Program-made: the position numbers and the translations under genes
Assembly (NCBI GenBank): GCA_020724725.1
Contig: DYGL01000001.1
Location: 1-60,586 of the forward strand
DNA length: 60,586 nucleotides
Source: Candidatus Microgenomatus sp.
Lineage (GTDB): Bacteria; Patescibacteriota; Microgenomatia; UBA1400; PJMF01
Direction of reading: 5' to 3'
Notes under the pieces: generated by a model
Seen by the model: the letters and a program-made list of their open reading frames with translations, nothing else
Told to the model about the DNA's origin: nothing
Database searches by the model: none
Shown: one piece after another, positions 1 to 9,609 of the stretch
Layout: every line of letters begins with the position of its first letter
Position numbering within the stretch: the first letter of the stretch is position 1

Positions 1-28
1 CCTAAACCCTGCGGTATAATAAGCTTTC

Positions 29-1165
29 GTGCAAAAAATCAAAATTAAAGGTCAAGATTATCAGCTACCCATTTATTTGCCAGACGCCACTCTTGGTGTG
101 GCCCGCAATCTAGATAGTTTAGATTTGCTTCAAGTGGGACTTGAAGGTGTAATGGTTAATACCTATCACCTCATTCAAAAACCAGGTGAAGAAATCTTAC
201 AAAAAGTTGGTGGTATTAAAAAACTGATGAATTGGTCTGGTTTTGTTTCTTCTGATTCTGGTGGTTTTCAGCTTTTTTCTTTGATCCAAAAAAATCCTGA
301 GTTGGGCAAGATTACTGATGAAGGAATTGTGCTTTACACTGGTCCTAAAAAACAAAAAAAGACTCTTTTTACTCCCGAGGATTCAATTCGTATGCAGTTT
401 GCTTTGGGTAGTGACGTCATGATTTGTTTGGATGATTTTTCACCCCCAAAAGCCAATGAAAAGCGCATTAGGGAAAGTGTGGAACGCACCATTGCTTGGG
501 CTAAACGCGCCAAAGTTGAGTTTGAAAAACAACTGCAAAAACATGGTTTCACCGATGATAATCGCCCTCTCCTACTCGCCCCAATTCAAGGTCACAATAG
601 TCACAAGTGGCGTGAGTTTTGCAGCCAAGAGTTACAAAAAATTGGTTTTGATATTTACGGTTTGGGTGGTTGGCCACTAGATGAGCAAGGCAAATTTGAT
701 TACTCATTTTGTCAAAAAAATGCTGAATTAACGCCAAAAGACAGTTTGAGATTTGCTCTAGGAGTTGGTACTCCAGAAAACATTGTGAAGCTTTTCTTTA
801 TGGGTTATCAGTTCTTTGATTGCGTTTTGCCAACTAGAGATGCTCGCCATCAACGCTTATATGTTTTTAAAGTTGATCCAAAAAATCTGAACCAAGAAAT
901 TCTTAAAAAGCTAACAGAAGAAAATCGTCTGCAAGAAATTTTTGATTATACCTACATCGGCAAGGGTAAATTTGCCACCGATAATAGCGCAATTAGTCAG
1001 TTTTGTGATTGCACTCTTTGTAAAAAAACAGATGATATTGCACAGGTCAGTAAGGCCTATCTACACCACCTCTTTAAAATCGAAGACGGCAGTGCTTTCC
1101 GTCTGGCAAGTCTACACAATTTGCGCACCTATACACTGTTGATTGAAGCTTTGCGTCGCGCCTAA
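29..1165 (+). CDS. tgt: tRNA-guanine transglycosylase (queuine tRNA-ribosyltransferase)
   Basis: 378-aa ORF with TGT hallmarks by eye: NTYHL, SDSGGFQLFSL, MICLDD, and the C-terminal Zn motif CDCTLC...HHL. The GTG start lies 8 nt after a TATAAT (15-20). Confidence 0.85.
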   Translation: MQKIKIKGQDYQLPIYLPDATLGVARNLDSLDLLQVGLEGVMVNTYHLIQKPGEEILQKVGGIKKLMNWSGFVSSDSGGFQLFSLIQKNPELGKITDEGIVLYTGPKKQKKTLFTPEDSIRMQFALGSDVMICLDDFSPPKANEKRIRESVERTIAWAKRAKVEFEKQLQKHGFTDDNRPLLLAPIQGHNSHKWREFCSQELQKIGFDIYGLGGWPLDEQGKFDYSFCQKNAELTPKDSLRFALGVGTPENIVKLFFMGYQFFDCVLPTRDARHQRLYVFKVDPKNLNQEILKKLTEENRLQEIFDYTYIGKGKFATDNSAISQFCDCTLCKKTDDIAQVSKAYLHHLFKIEDGSAFRLASLHNLRTYTLLIEALRRA

Positions 1166-1477
1166 TCAATCCCACAGCTTGTGTTCTTTGAGAACCTTTT
1201 TGATCTGTATGAGCTCTAGCTCAATTTTTTTCAATTTTAATTGGAGGTCAAAATTCTCTTCAATTTCTTGTTCTTCTTCGAGAAAATAATTAATTGATTT
1301 GTGAGTTAAATTGCTAATACTTTGCAGTGTATCAAGTGGTGGTAAAGCTCTGCCTTTTTCATAAGCACTAATGGTGCGGTCTGACAATTTTAAGGCGCTA
1401 GCCAATTCTTTTTGTGATAAAGCTGCTTCTACTCTGGCTTGACGGATTTTTTTAGAAAGTTTGTCTGTTTTTGTCAT
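1166..1477 (-). CDS. XRE-family helix-turn-helix transcriptional regulator
   Basis: The N-terminal HTH_3 pattern (LSQKELASALKLSDRTISAYEKGRALP) is followed by a coiled-coil tail. Confidence 0.8.
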   Translation of the reverse strand: MTKTDKLSKKIRQARVEAALSQKELASALKLSDRTISAYEKGRALPPLDTLQSISNLTHKSINYFLEEEQEIEENFDLQLKLKKIELELIQIKKVLKEHKLWD

Positions 1478-1546
1478 ACTTTGTTTACTTGACTAAATGC
1501 TTGTTCGCGATTACTCTATTTTTATTAGAAAAAATCTAATTTAATT

Positions 1547-1924
1547 ATGTCTGCTGTCTCCAAGCAAAAATCTATCTTGATTATTGAGCCTAATTCAAAC
1601 TTGGATCAGCCTTATGCTTTCTTTGACAAAAAAATCTTTGAATTAACTCGCTGCAGTAATCCTAATCTTGCGAGAGAATATTTAGGGCAGAAAAAATTCT
1701 CTCTCGTTTGCTTGAGTTGCAGTTTTTCCAACAAAAAAATGTTAAATTTACTAGAGTTGATCAAAGATGCTAGTCAAACTTCAATCATCCCTATTATTTT
1801 GGTTGTAGATCTGCAAAAACCCTACAGTATCGTGCCTGGCTTGACTTGGAATGGGCAACTTGCTGTTCTAAGCTCCGTTTCCACCAATCAAGATTTACAG
1901 CTACAACTTAGCAAACTTCTCTAA
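1547..1924 (+). CDS. hypothetical protein, receiver-domain-like (pseudo-receiver)
   Basis: Alternating beta/alpha pattern (SILIIEP..., FSLVCLSCSF, IPIILVV) resembles a CheY-like receiver. The phospho-acceptor Asp position reads S/C. Confidence 0.4.
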   Translation: MSAVSKQKSILIIEPNSNLDQPYAFFDKKIFELTRCSNPNLAREYLGQKKFSLVCLSCSFSNKKMLNLLELIKDASQTSIIPIILVVDLQKPYSIVPGLTWNGQLAVLSSVSTNQDLQLQLSKLL

Positions 1925-1971
1925 TTGTTTTTTGCAACCTTCCTGCAACCTATTCCAATTATAGTAGACTT

Positions 1972-2661
1972 GTGTCAAAACAAAAGACCAAGAAAAAAAT
2001 TGCGCTCAGAGAGCTAGCTCTGCGCCACAGGCCGAGAGAAAAAGCTCGACAGTTAGGCCTAACCGCACTCAGTGATCATGAGCTTTTAGCCTTGATGATT
2101 GGGAGTGGTCAGAAAAATTCCAATGTTTTAGAAATTGCCAAAAAAGTCGAAAAAGTGCTTCATTCAAGCACTCCTCATGTAGCTGAGCTTTGCAAAATTA
2201 ATGGTATTGGTCAAATTCTGGCCACCAAAATTCTAGCTAGCTTAGAGTTTGCTGAGCGTTTTAATAAGTTAAGTCATTTTGAACAAGTTGATTCTCCAGA
2301 TAAAATTTTTACTCTATCACTAGAGATTCATGACAAGAAACAAGAATATTGTCTAGCCTTCTATCTTAACGGTCGCCAAGAATTACTACACAAAAAGATT
2401 ATTGCTGTAGGAGGTCTGAATTATAATTTTCTGGAGCCTCGAGATATTTTTGCCCCCGCTTTTAGTCTTGGAGCCAGTGGCCTAATCCTAGTTCACAATC
2501 ATCCCTCAGGCAACCCAGAGCCCTCAGATGAAGACCTGCTACTAACTGAGAAAGTGCGACATTTAGCTGAACTTTTGGGCGTCAAATTTTTAGATCACTT
2601 GATCGTAAGCAAAAAAAACTATTTTTCTCTGAGAGAACATTTTAGAGAATTACTACACTAA
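1972..2661 (+). CDS. radC: RadC-like JAB/MPN domain protein
   Basis: N-terminal HhH-like region (LSDHELLALMIGSG) and a C-terminal JAMM motif (LVHNHPSGNPEPSDED). GTG start. Confidence 0.85.
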   Translation: MSKQKTKKKIALRELALRHRPREKARQLGLTALSDHELLALMIGSGQKNSNVLEIAKKVEKVLHSSTPHVAELCKINGIGQILATKILASLEFAERFNKLSHFEQVDSPDKIFTLSLEIHDKKQEYCLAFYLNGRQELLHKKIIAVGGLNYNFLEPRDIFAPAFSLGASGLILVHNHPSGNPEPSDEDLLLTEKVRHLAELLGVKFLDHLIVSKKNYFSLREHFRELLH

Positions 2662-4088
2662 AGCGACTCGATTAAAACCGTGTCTTTTTGATCTGTTAAC
2701 TTGTAACCAGCCTGAGCAAATTGTTTTCTAATTTGATCTGCTTTGGCAAAATCTTTACTTTGTCTGGCTTGCTCACGCTCTCTAAAAAGCTCTTGCAGTT
2801 CTTCACTTAAATCTTTTAATTCTAAATTAGCCTTCTGCTCCATTTTCGTCATTGAAGCCAAACCCAAACCCAAAACACGGTCAAACTCCAAAAGCAGACG
2901 GTATTTCCAAGTATTATCCAAATCACTCTTCAGCATTTGCCACATAACAGCCAGTGCCTCAGCAGTGTTTAAATCATTCTCCAAAGCCTTAAAGAAATCG
3001 CTTGTAAATTTTTGGGCTTGAGCCTCATCTACCAAAGCAGCTGAAGAACGATTTTCCTTAATTTCTAAATAAAATTGCAAAAGCTTGTCGAAAGCACTCT
3101 GGCTAGCTTGTAAACTGGACCAAGTGAAATTTTGCTCGCTACGATAATGGCTCTGCAAAAATAAGAGGCGCAAAGCTTGAGGGGTGAAACCTTTCTTTAA
3201 AACATCATCAATGGTGTAGAAATTACCCAAAGACTTGCTCATTTTCTCCCCATCAACTCGTAAGAAATTATGATGTACCCAAAATTTAGCGAATGGTTTA
3301 TGACCAGTAAAAGTTTCTGACTGAGCAATTTCATTGGCGTGATGAACAGCAATGTGATCAATACCTCCAGTATGGATATCCAATTGTTCGCCTAAATGCT
3401 CAATGCTCATTGCGCTACATTCAATATGCCAACCAGGAAAACTACGAGGGTGCCAAGGACTAGGCCAAACCATTTGACGTTCTTCGCCAGTTTTCTCAAA
3501 TTTCCACAAAGCAAAATCGCTAGGGTTCCTCTTGCCAGTCACCTCACCTAAGCGACTCTCGCGAGTGGCTAAACGTGGATCATGACCACTTAATTCTCCA
3601 TAGCTGTTTAATTTGGCAGTGTCAAAATAAACGCCGTCGTCCTCGATTAAATAAGTAAAGCCTTTTTTCTCCAAATCCAAAACCATCTCTAGTTGACTCT
3701 GAATATGCTCAGTAGCGCGACAGCTTAAAGTAGGGCGCGCCACACCCATCAAATCCATGCTGTACCAAAAATAGGCTTCAAATTTTCTAGCCACCTCCCA
3801 AGCGGTTTGACCATATTTGCGCGCCCCTTTTTCCATTTTGTCTTCACCTTCGTCACTATCAGACGTCAAATGACCGACGTCGGTGATATTTTGAACATGT
3901 TTTACCTCATATCCAAGGTGACGTAAAACCCTCACTAAAATGTCGTCCATTACGTATTTACGCAAATGACCGATATGAGTGTAATCGTAAACAGTTGGTC
4001 CGCAAGCGTAAATTTTGACTTGCTTTAAGTCTTCTTGGAGAGCTTTAAACTCTTCGACTTTTTTGGAAAGAGTGTTGTAGAGTTTCAT
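2658..4088 (-). CDS. cysS: cysteine--tRNA ligase
   Basis: 476 aa with a class I HIGH region ([12 protein letters not shown]), KMSKS (KMSKSLGN) and the Zn-binding CGPTVY context. Confidence 0.95.
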   Translation of the reverse strand: MKLYNTLSKKVEEFKALQEDLKQVKIYACGPTVYDYTHIGHLRKYVMDDILVRVLRHLGYEVKHVQNITDVGHLTSDSDEGEDKMEKGARKYGQTAWEVARKFEAYFWYSMDLMGVARPTLSCRATEHIQSQLEMVLDLEKKGFTYLIEDDGVYFDTAKLNSYGELSGHDPRLATRESRLGEVTGKRNPSDFALWKFEKTGEERQMVWPSPWHPRSFPGWHIECSAMSIEHLGEQLDIHTGGIDHIAVHHANEIAQSETFTGHKPFAKFWVHHNFLRVDGEKMSKSLGNFYTIDDVLKKGFTPQALRLLFLQSHYRSEQNFTWSSLQASQSAFDKLLQFYLEIKENRSSAALVDEAQAQKFTSDFFKALENDLNTAEALAVMWQMLKSDLDNTWKYRLLLEFDRVLGLGLASMTKMEQKANLELKDLSEELQELFREREQARQSKDFAKADQIRKQFAQAGYKLTDQKDTVLIESL

Positions 4089-4126
4089 TAGTTCTAGATT
4101 TTAGCCTGAAAAAGCTATTTGCGCCA

Positions 4127-4801
4127 CTAGCCATCAGCCTGACTCATTTGAGTACGTTTGTTTTGCATCAATTGAGCAGTTTGTTGCTTCTTATTGCCTG
4201 AAGGACCAACTGGGCCTTTTTTGGGACTGCTGGGAGGCGCAATGCTTTGTTCTTCTGCTTGTCTCGCCTCTTCTTCTTTACGTTGCTGTTCTTCCTGCAT
4301 TTCTTGCTGTTTTTTTTGCTGTTCTTCTTGATATTTTTGTTGGACGTAAGCTTGTTCTTCTTGAGTCAGCTTTTGCCAATTTTGGGCAATTTTTTGTTTT
4401 TTTGCTTTTTTCTCTGGAGGATCTTCTGTGTTGATTCCCAGTAAGGCATTGAGGTCAAAAAATGATTTGAAGGCATTTACAATATCTTTAGCTGGACGAA
4501 GAACCAACTCTTCTCCTAAATTGGCAATATTTCTCGGATTGGGAGGTGCCTGCTGTTGCTGACCATCTGGTGAAGCTAGTGGCGTTTGCCCTGTTCCGCT
4601 CGCCACTGCCTGTTGCTTGGCGACTCCTTGCTGACCAAGTACGGAAGATTGTTGAGCGATTTGTTTTTGGGCAGTGGCGCTATTTAAAGCAGCAGCACTT
4701 TCATGTTCATCACTAAAACCAGAACCAAAAGTTTGGCGGAAACCTCCTCCAGGTCTCATTTGTGTTTTTGCTCCAGCTTTTGGCGATCCAAAACTAGACA
4801 T
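4127..4801 (-). CDS. hypothetical low-complexity Q/E/K-rich protein
   Basis: Longest ORF in the interval; no recognisable domain. The antisense ORF 4247..4444 is a low-complexity mirror. Confidence 0.5.
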   Translation of the reverse strand: MSSFGSPKAGAKTQMRPGGGFRQTFGSGFSDEHESAAALNSATAQKQIAQQSSVLGQQGVAKQQAVASGTGQTPLASPDGQQQQAPPNPRNIANLGEELVLRPAKDIVNAFKSFFDLNALLGINTEDPPEKKAKKQKIAQNWQKLTQEEQAYVQQKYQEEQQKKQQEMQEEQQRKEEEARQAEEQSIAPPSSPKKGPVGPSGNKKQQTAQLMQNKRTQMSQADG

Positions 4802-4815
4802 TTTTTCCCTTTATT

Positions 4816-5145
4816 TTAGCTATCCAGATGCTTAAGTTGAAAAATTCTAATACTACGCTCTTCTAATTTTTTTTGCTCTGATAAAGCTTCGTTGTTAATT
4901 TTTTGACTCATTCTAGCTTGATACTGTGGAGTGTCTTTGAGCTCGTCTTTCATAATCGTCAATTGCTCAGCAATTTTGATTTGATCCTCCAGTTCTTTTT
5001 GTTTTTGCAGTAAAGCAATTTCTTCCGCACTCAAACCAGGAGCTTTTTCCTCAGGTACAACGTCAGTTGGTGCAGTAGTTCCTTGCTTTTTTTGTTCTTC
5101 AAGAAGTTTCTGGAGAGCTGCTAAAGGATCTTGATTGTCTGCCAT
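4816..5145 (-). CDS. hypothetical coiled-coil protein
   Basis: 109-aa charged, heptad-like sequence, co-directional with its neighbours. Confidence 0.45.
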   Translation of the reverse strand: MADNQDPLAALQKLLEEQKKQGTTAPTDVVPEEKAPGLSAEEIALLQKQKELEDQIKIAEQLTIMKDELKDTPQYQARMSQKINNEALSEQKKLEERSIRIFQLKHLDS

Positions 5146-5216
5146 AGGAAAATAAATAGATTAACTAGCTCATGTTAGCAGAAAAAAGCCAAGCAAAGCA
5201 AGAACCCTAAAAAGAT

Positions 5217-5561
5217 TTAGCTCAAACTCAAGTCATGTTTACTCAAACGCCTGTAATCAGTTTTTTTCTCTTTGGTTTTACGCATTTTGCGCAGTGCTGC
5301 GTTTGTAGCATCAACGATGGCATCATAAAAATCATAGCCATTGATCTCAACCCAAAGATCTTTGCCAGGAATTTCGATACTGTATTTCACCGACACTTTT
5401 TTGCTGTCACTAGCTTTTTTAGTGTCTTGCTCCAAATAAACAGTAACCTTGCTTACCTTAAAATCTCTTAGTTTGCTTAATTTATGGCTTTGTCTCTGGA
5501 TAAATTCGCGTAGCGCTCTCGTCACTCTCAGGCTTTTGGCTTGAACAATCACGTCCGTCAT
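5217..5561 (-). CDS. hpf: ribosome hibernation promoting factor / RaiA family
   Basis: S30AE/HPF-like pattern (ITVQ...LREFI...KL.K......V.VYLE). Start moved to the ATG at 5561, which is preceded by GAAAGGAG. Confidence 0.8.
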   Translation of the reverse strand: MTDVIVQAKSLRVTRALREFIQRQSHKLSKLRDFKVSKVTVYLEQDTKKASDSKKVSVKYSIEIPGKDLWVEINGYDFYDAIVDATNAALRKMRKTKEKKTDYRRLSKHDLSLS

Positions 5562-5891
5562 AGTTCTCCTTTCAACTTTCACCCTTCTGATGAAAGCCAT
5601 AATTGATAGACTCGTAGCGAAATAATAAATCGAGTTAATTAAACTTAGATTTTAATATATTTTAGTCTTTTCTGATGACGATAGTAGCTGGGTCTACTTG
5701 AGGAAGAAGAAAAGAACTAAAATATGTAAAAGATAAGTTAAGGAACCGTTTTAATATTTTGCTATGAGTCTAACCAAAAAAAACGACCCCCAACTAGCCT
5801 TTAACTAATCGAAAATCGTTTAACATCTATCTTTCATATTAACAAAAATGAGCGAAAAAGCAAGTTAAAACAGCAGTGTATAATAGCTGAT

Positions 5892-6104
5892 ATGACAGGA
5901 GAAAAGATCACTATCCCGGCTGGAAAAGAGTTTAACGCAGGAGATCATGAAGATGGTGACGAAGGTTTCACTTCTGATAAAGATTTGGAAGCTGAAGTGG
6001 TCGGCACAGTTGAAGAAAGTGGCTCACTAAAAGTTGTTATTCCCGAAGTTGATCCAGATCGCCAATTCTTTATCCACCAACCTCCCAAAAAAGAAAAATC
6101 TTAA
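5892..6104 (+). CDS. hypothetical small acidic protein
   Basis: 70-aa ORF with no SD. A TATAAT lies about 7 nt upstream of the ATG. Its end converges on and overlaps pyrF by 4 nt. Confidence 0.3.
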   Translation: MTGEKITIPAGKEFNAGDHEDGDEGFTSDKDLEAEVVGTVEESGSLKVVIPEVDPDRQFFIHQPPKKEKS

Positions 6105-6910
6105 ATTCGATATTGGTTGATTTCATCTCGCAACTGCTTGGCAGCAACACTTGGGTCTGGAGCAAAAATAATTCCTCTAGCAGAGTTGATGATTAAGCCT
6201 TTTTTCTCCTTGTTTAAGCCTGCCTTCATTACAGAACTAAGTTCTCCACCCTGTGCACCAATCCCTGGCACCAAAAAAGTCATTTCGCCAGTCAACTCCC
6301 TCACCTGCTTCATCTCTTCGGGATAAGTGGCACCCACTACCAGCAGGCAATTGCCATTTTGATTCCACTGCTGACTAACCTTGATTGCTACTTTTTGCCA
6401 AATTTTTTCACCAGAATCTAAAACCAAATTCTGTAGCTCTCCAGATTCAGGATTGGAAGTTTTGCAAAGAATAATGCAAGCTTTATCTTGGCGCTCTAAA
6501 AATGGCTGTAGAGCTTCCCGACCAAGGTATGGGTGTAGGGTCACCGCGTCAAAACCCAACCAATCAAAAATAGCAGTCACATAGCCCTCATTGGTACTAC
6601 CAATATCTGCTCTCTTGGCGTCAAGAATTAAAGCAATTTGTGGATATTTTTCTTTCAAATAAGCGGTGGTCAAACGTAACTCATGTAAGCCTCGATCGCC
6701 TCTTGCCTCATAAAAGGCCGAGTTGGGCTTGTAGGCGCTGACATACTGATGAGTTTGATCGATGATCCACTGATTAAAAGCAAATTGAGGATGTTCCATA
6801 CTCTTAAATTGATCAGGAATTTTGGCAAAATCACTGTCTAAACCTACACAAAGCAAGGAATTAACTTGATCAACTCGTTGATTGTATTTTTCAAGAAATG
6901 TCATGGCCAT
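6101..6910 (-). CDS. pyrF: orotidine-5'-phosphate decarboxylase (long/type 2 form)
   Basis: Motifs LCVGLDSD, ILDAKRADIGST and PGIGAQGG. The start overlaps the pyrE stop. Confidence 0.85.
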   Translation of the reverse strand: MAMTFLEKYNQRVDQVNSLLCVGLDSDFAKIPDQFKSMEHPQFAFNQWIIDQTHQYVSAYKPNSAFYEARGDRGLHELRLTTAYLKEKYPQIALILDAKRADIGSTNEGYVTAIFDWLGFDAVTLHPYLGREALQPFLERQDKACIILCKTSNPESGELQNLVLDSGEKIWQKVAIKVSQQWNQNGNCLLVVGATYPEEMKQVRELTGEMTFLVPGIGAQGGELSSVMKAGLNKEKKGLIINSARGIIFAPDPSVAAKQLRDEINQYRI

Positions 6911-7544
6911 GGCGCTTTCCCCAGCCCCAAGGATCTTGGAACCAGTCTTCTAAAATTGCTTTTTGAGCTTGATCAAACAGACCCATTTCTAAAGCTTCCT
7001 CTAAAATCACTTCAAAGTTGGTTAGAGGATGTAGCTTAACTTTAGCTTTGTTGAAAGCTTCATCAGCTTCTTTAAAACCGTAGCCAACAATGATTAAACA
7101 ATCGTCAACTTGAGCACCATCCTGACGCAAAGCTTCTACTCCAGCTAGACTACTCATGCCTGTAGTAACTAAGTCTTCTAACAAAATCACTTTTTTGCCA
7201 GCAACCGACCCACCTTCAACCCGACTTTTGGTCCCGTGATCCTTGATTTTTTTACGCACAAAAACTGATGGCTGATTCATCGCATAACCCAAAGCAGCGC
7301 TATGTGGTATCCCAGCGGTTTCAATACCGGCAATTACTTCAAATGCCAATTTGTCGCGCACAATAAGTTCTTGGAAACCACTAATCACTTGTTGCCAAGC
7401 ACTTGGATAAAAAGGAAAGCGTCTGTTATCAACGTAAACTGGCGAAATAATACCTGATTTAAAAGTAATTGGCTCTGTTGGTTTAAATCCTACCGCGCCA
7501 ATTTCTAAAAGCGAGCGAGCAATTTTTTTTGCCAAATTATTCAT
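6891..7544 (-). CDS. pyrE: orotate phosphoribosyltransferase
   Basis: PRPP-binding loop KVILLEDLVTTGMS, typical length, and pyr operon context. Confidence 0.9.
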   Translation of the reverse strand: MNNLAKKIARSLLEIGAVGFKPTEPITFKSGIISPVYVDNRRFPFYPSAWQQVISGFQELIVRDKLAFEVIAGIETAGIPHSAALGYAMNQPSVFVRKKIKDHGTKSRVEGGSVAGKKVILLEDLVTTGMSSLAGVEALRQDGAQVDDCLIIVGYGFKEADEAFNKAKVKLHPLTNFEVILEEALEMGLFDQAQKAILEDWFQDPWGWGKRHGHDIS

Positions 7545-7548
7545 ATGA

Positions 7549-8628
7549 TCAGCCTTTCTTGTTTTGCAATTCCAATATTTTTAAAGCCAAATCTGGATGC
7601 CACATTGCGCCGGTAGCACTCATTACAGCGTCGGCACCAGCTTCTTTGTAGTCAAAATAATCAGTAGGCTCCGTCACTCCACCCACACCAATAATGCTAA
7701 ATTTTTGGCCAAACTCTTGACGAAATTTGGACAGACGTCTCACCATATCTAAGCCAGCCCATTTGATGGCGGCACCACAAACACCACTACGCAAGCGTCC
7801 TTCTCCTGGCAAAGCTTGTTGACCAAAAAGATTAACAATCGGCGCTGCAATTGTATTGATCACGCTCAAGCCATCTACGAGAGGACCAACTTGTCGCAAG
7901 TAGTTTCGCAAGTGCTCTTCTTCTTTAAAATAAGCCAATTTTAAAATGAGAGGCGTGTTGCCAATTTCATTTTTGATTTTTTCTGCAATCAAACGCACCC
8001 TAGCTGTGTCAAAACAAAGTAAATCAGTTGTGCCTTCGTTGGGACAGCTTAAATTGGCTTCCAAAATTTTGGCGCCAGTAGCTTTGACCAAGCGAGCAGC
8101 TAACGCATAATCTTGAATCAAATCTTTAGCACTGCCACCTTCTTTTTTGCTACCTTGAAAACTACCAATTAAAACTTGACCCTGACCAGCGTCCTGCACT
8201 GCTTCAGCCATATCTTGCTGCCAAAAATCTGGATCCATCGAAGGTACACCAAAAGAATTGGTGATCGAAAGTGGCTCACTGTAGCTCATCTCTGCCTGCA
8301 AATTATTTTCTGCCTGAGTCAAAGTCAAATCTCCTTTAACTTTCACTCCTAGAACATTGGGCCATGGATGACAGGGATAGGCTCTGGTGCGAACTGTCTT
8401 GTAAACACATAGATCAAAACCTTTTTTGAAAGCAGCTTTTACAAATTTAGCATTTAAAAGTGGTCCGGCTGGAATACCAAAAGGCAAATAGACTTTCTGA
8501 CCCAGGAAGTTAAACTTTGGCTCACCAATTCTTGCCAACTTTTGCGAGTTAGCAAAATCACCAAAGGGACCTTGTTCAAAATTTTCCTGATATGTTTTCT
8601 TAGGATCGTAAAAAGGAATTTGCAACAT
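7549..8628 (-). CDS. pyrD: dihydroorotate dehydrogenase family protein
   Basis: DHOD/DHPD TIM-barrel motifs (IPAGP, ANLSCPN, IIGVGGV, SATGAM), located between the amidohydrolase and pyrE. Confidence 0.75.
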   Translation of the reverse strand: MLQIPFYDPKKTYQENFEQGPFGDFANSQKLARIGEPKFNFLGQKVYLPFGIPAGPLLNAKFVKAAFKKGFDLCVYKTVRTRAYPCHPWPNVLGVKVKGDLTLTQAENNLQAEMSYSEPLSITNSFGVPSMDPDFWQQDMAEAVQDAGQGQVLIGSFQGSKKEGGSAKDLIQDYALAARLVKATGAKILEANLSCPNEGTTDLLCFDTARVRLIAEKIKNEIGNTPLILKLAYFKEEEHLRNYLRQVGPLVDGLSVINTIAAPIVNLFGQQALPGEGRLRSGVCGAAIKWAGLDMVRRLSKFRQEFGQKFSIIGVGGVTEPTDYFDYKEAGADAVMSATGAMWHPDLALKILELQNKKG

Positions 8629-8632
8629 ATTT

Positions 8633-9604
8633 TTAGATTAAACCCAAAACTTTTCTACCATTGGTAGTGGCAATTTTTACTAATTCTTGGAGATCATAAT
8701 AATGACAAGCTTCCAGTAAGAAGCGTAGTTCTGTCCACATATCACCATCAGTAAAAGGCTTGTAGTAGTCAGCAATATTATCTGGACCGATGGCAACCGT
8801 GACTCCAGCGGGAATCATCTCATCCACTGGCGTAACACTATTGTGAGAAGGCACCAAATCCTCACGACGTCGGTGATCAATCCAAGCGCTTGGACAAGCA
8901 ATCATCATCACTCCTGCCTTCACCATATCTTGATATAGTTTTTGACGCACGGTTTGTGGTTGTGCTGCAATAGAGATGCCATGCACTCCCACTACTTTAC
9001 CTTGCATTTGATGCTCAATAGTTTTTTGCACCAAAAGAGCGGTTTCTTGTTCTTTGGGAGTATTGAATTGATCGACATGAACATGAACCATTTTGCCGTA
9101 TTTCTTGGCAGTACTCAGCAAAACATCCAAATGCTCAGCCTCATGACCCAAATCTTTACCTGGTAAACCACCAATAATATCGACAAACTCTGCACCTTTA
9201 TCAAACCATTCTCTAGCTTGTGGCTCCAAGACTCCTTTGACTGTTTGGTTGGCAAAAAGCAATTTGATTTGTGACTTGTAACGTTCTCTGACTCGCTCTG
9301 CTGCAAGCATTGATTTGTCTTGAATGAGCGGATCAACGTCAATAAAAGTACATAGAGCAGTTACACCCTGAGCGATTTGTTGCTCAATTCCAAAAGCCAT
9401 TCGATCATAAATGTCGTCTACCGTCTGACTTTGCTTAAGATCGTCAATTAGATCCCATTTTTCTTGCAAAGAAATATCAGCTAAGCGCAAATCTTCGGCT
9501 TTGATTAAATAGGCTTTATCGAGATGATTGTGAGCACTCACCCATCCACCATACGCTTTAATTTCTTTCAATAAGTGTGCTTTGAGATCCCAATTGTTTT
9601 GCAT
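8633..9604 (-). CDS. amidohydrolase-superfamily protein, cytosine-deaminase (CodA/AtzC)-like
   Basis: Metal ligand motifs AHNHLD, VHVHVDQ and GVHG, plus GPDNIADYYKPFT (compare CodA ...HDDVFDPWYPLGT). The canonical dihydroorotase signature D-x-H-x-H-L-R is absent. It occupies the pyrC position of the operon. Confidence 0.6.
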   Translation of the reverse strand: MQNNWDLKAHLLKEIKAYGGWVSAHNHLDKAYLIKAEDLRLADISLQEKWDLIDDLKQSQTVDDIYDRMAFGIEQQIAQGVTALCTFIDVDPLIQDKSMLAAERVRERYKSQIKLLFANQTVKGVLEPQAREWFDKGAEFVDIIGGLPGKDLGHEAEHLDVLLSTAKKYGKMVHVHVDQFNTPKEQETALLVQKTIEHQMQGKVVGVHGISIAAQPQTVRQKLYQDMVKAGVMMIACPSAWIDHRRREDLVPSHNSVTPVDEMIPAGVTVAIGPDNIADYYKPFTDGDMWTELRFLLEACHYYDLQELVKIATTNGRKVLGLI

Positions 9605-9609
9605 TTATT

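Noticed and set aside
3734-3742. GGCGCGCCA word inside cysS that matches one arm of the GC hairpin repeat.
   Set aside because: It is a single 9-nt half-site without the partner arm, which is insufficient to call a third copy.
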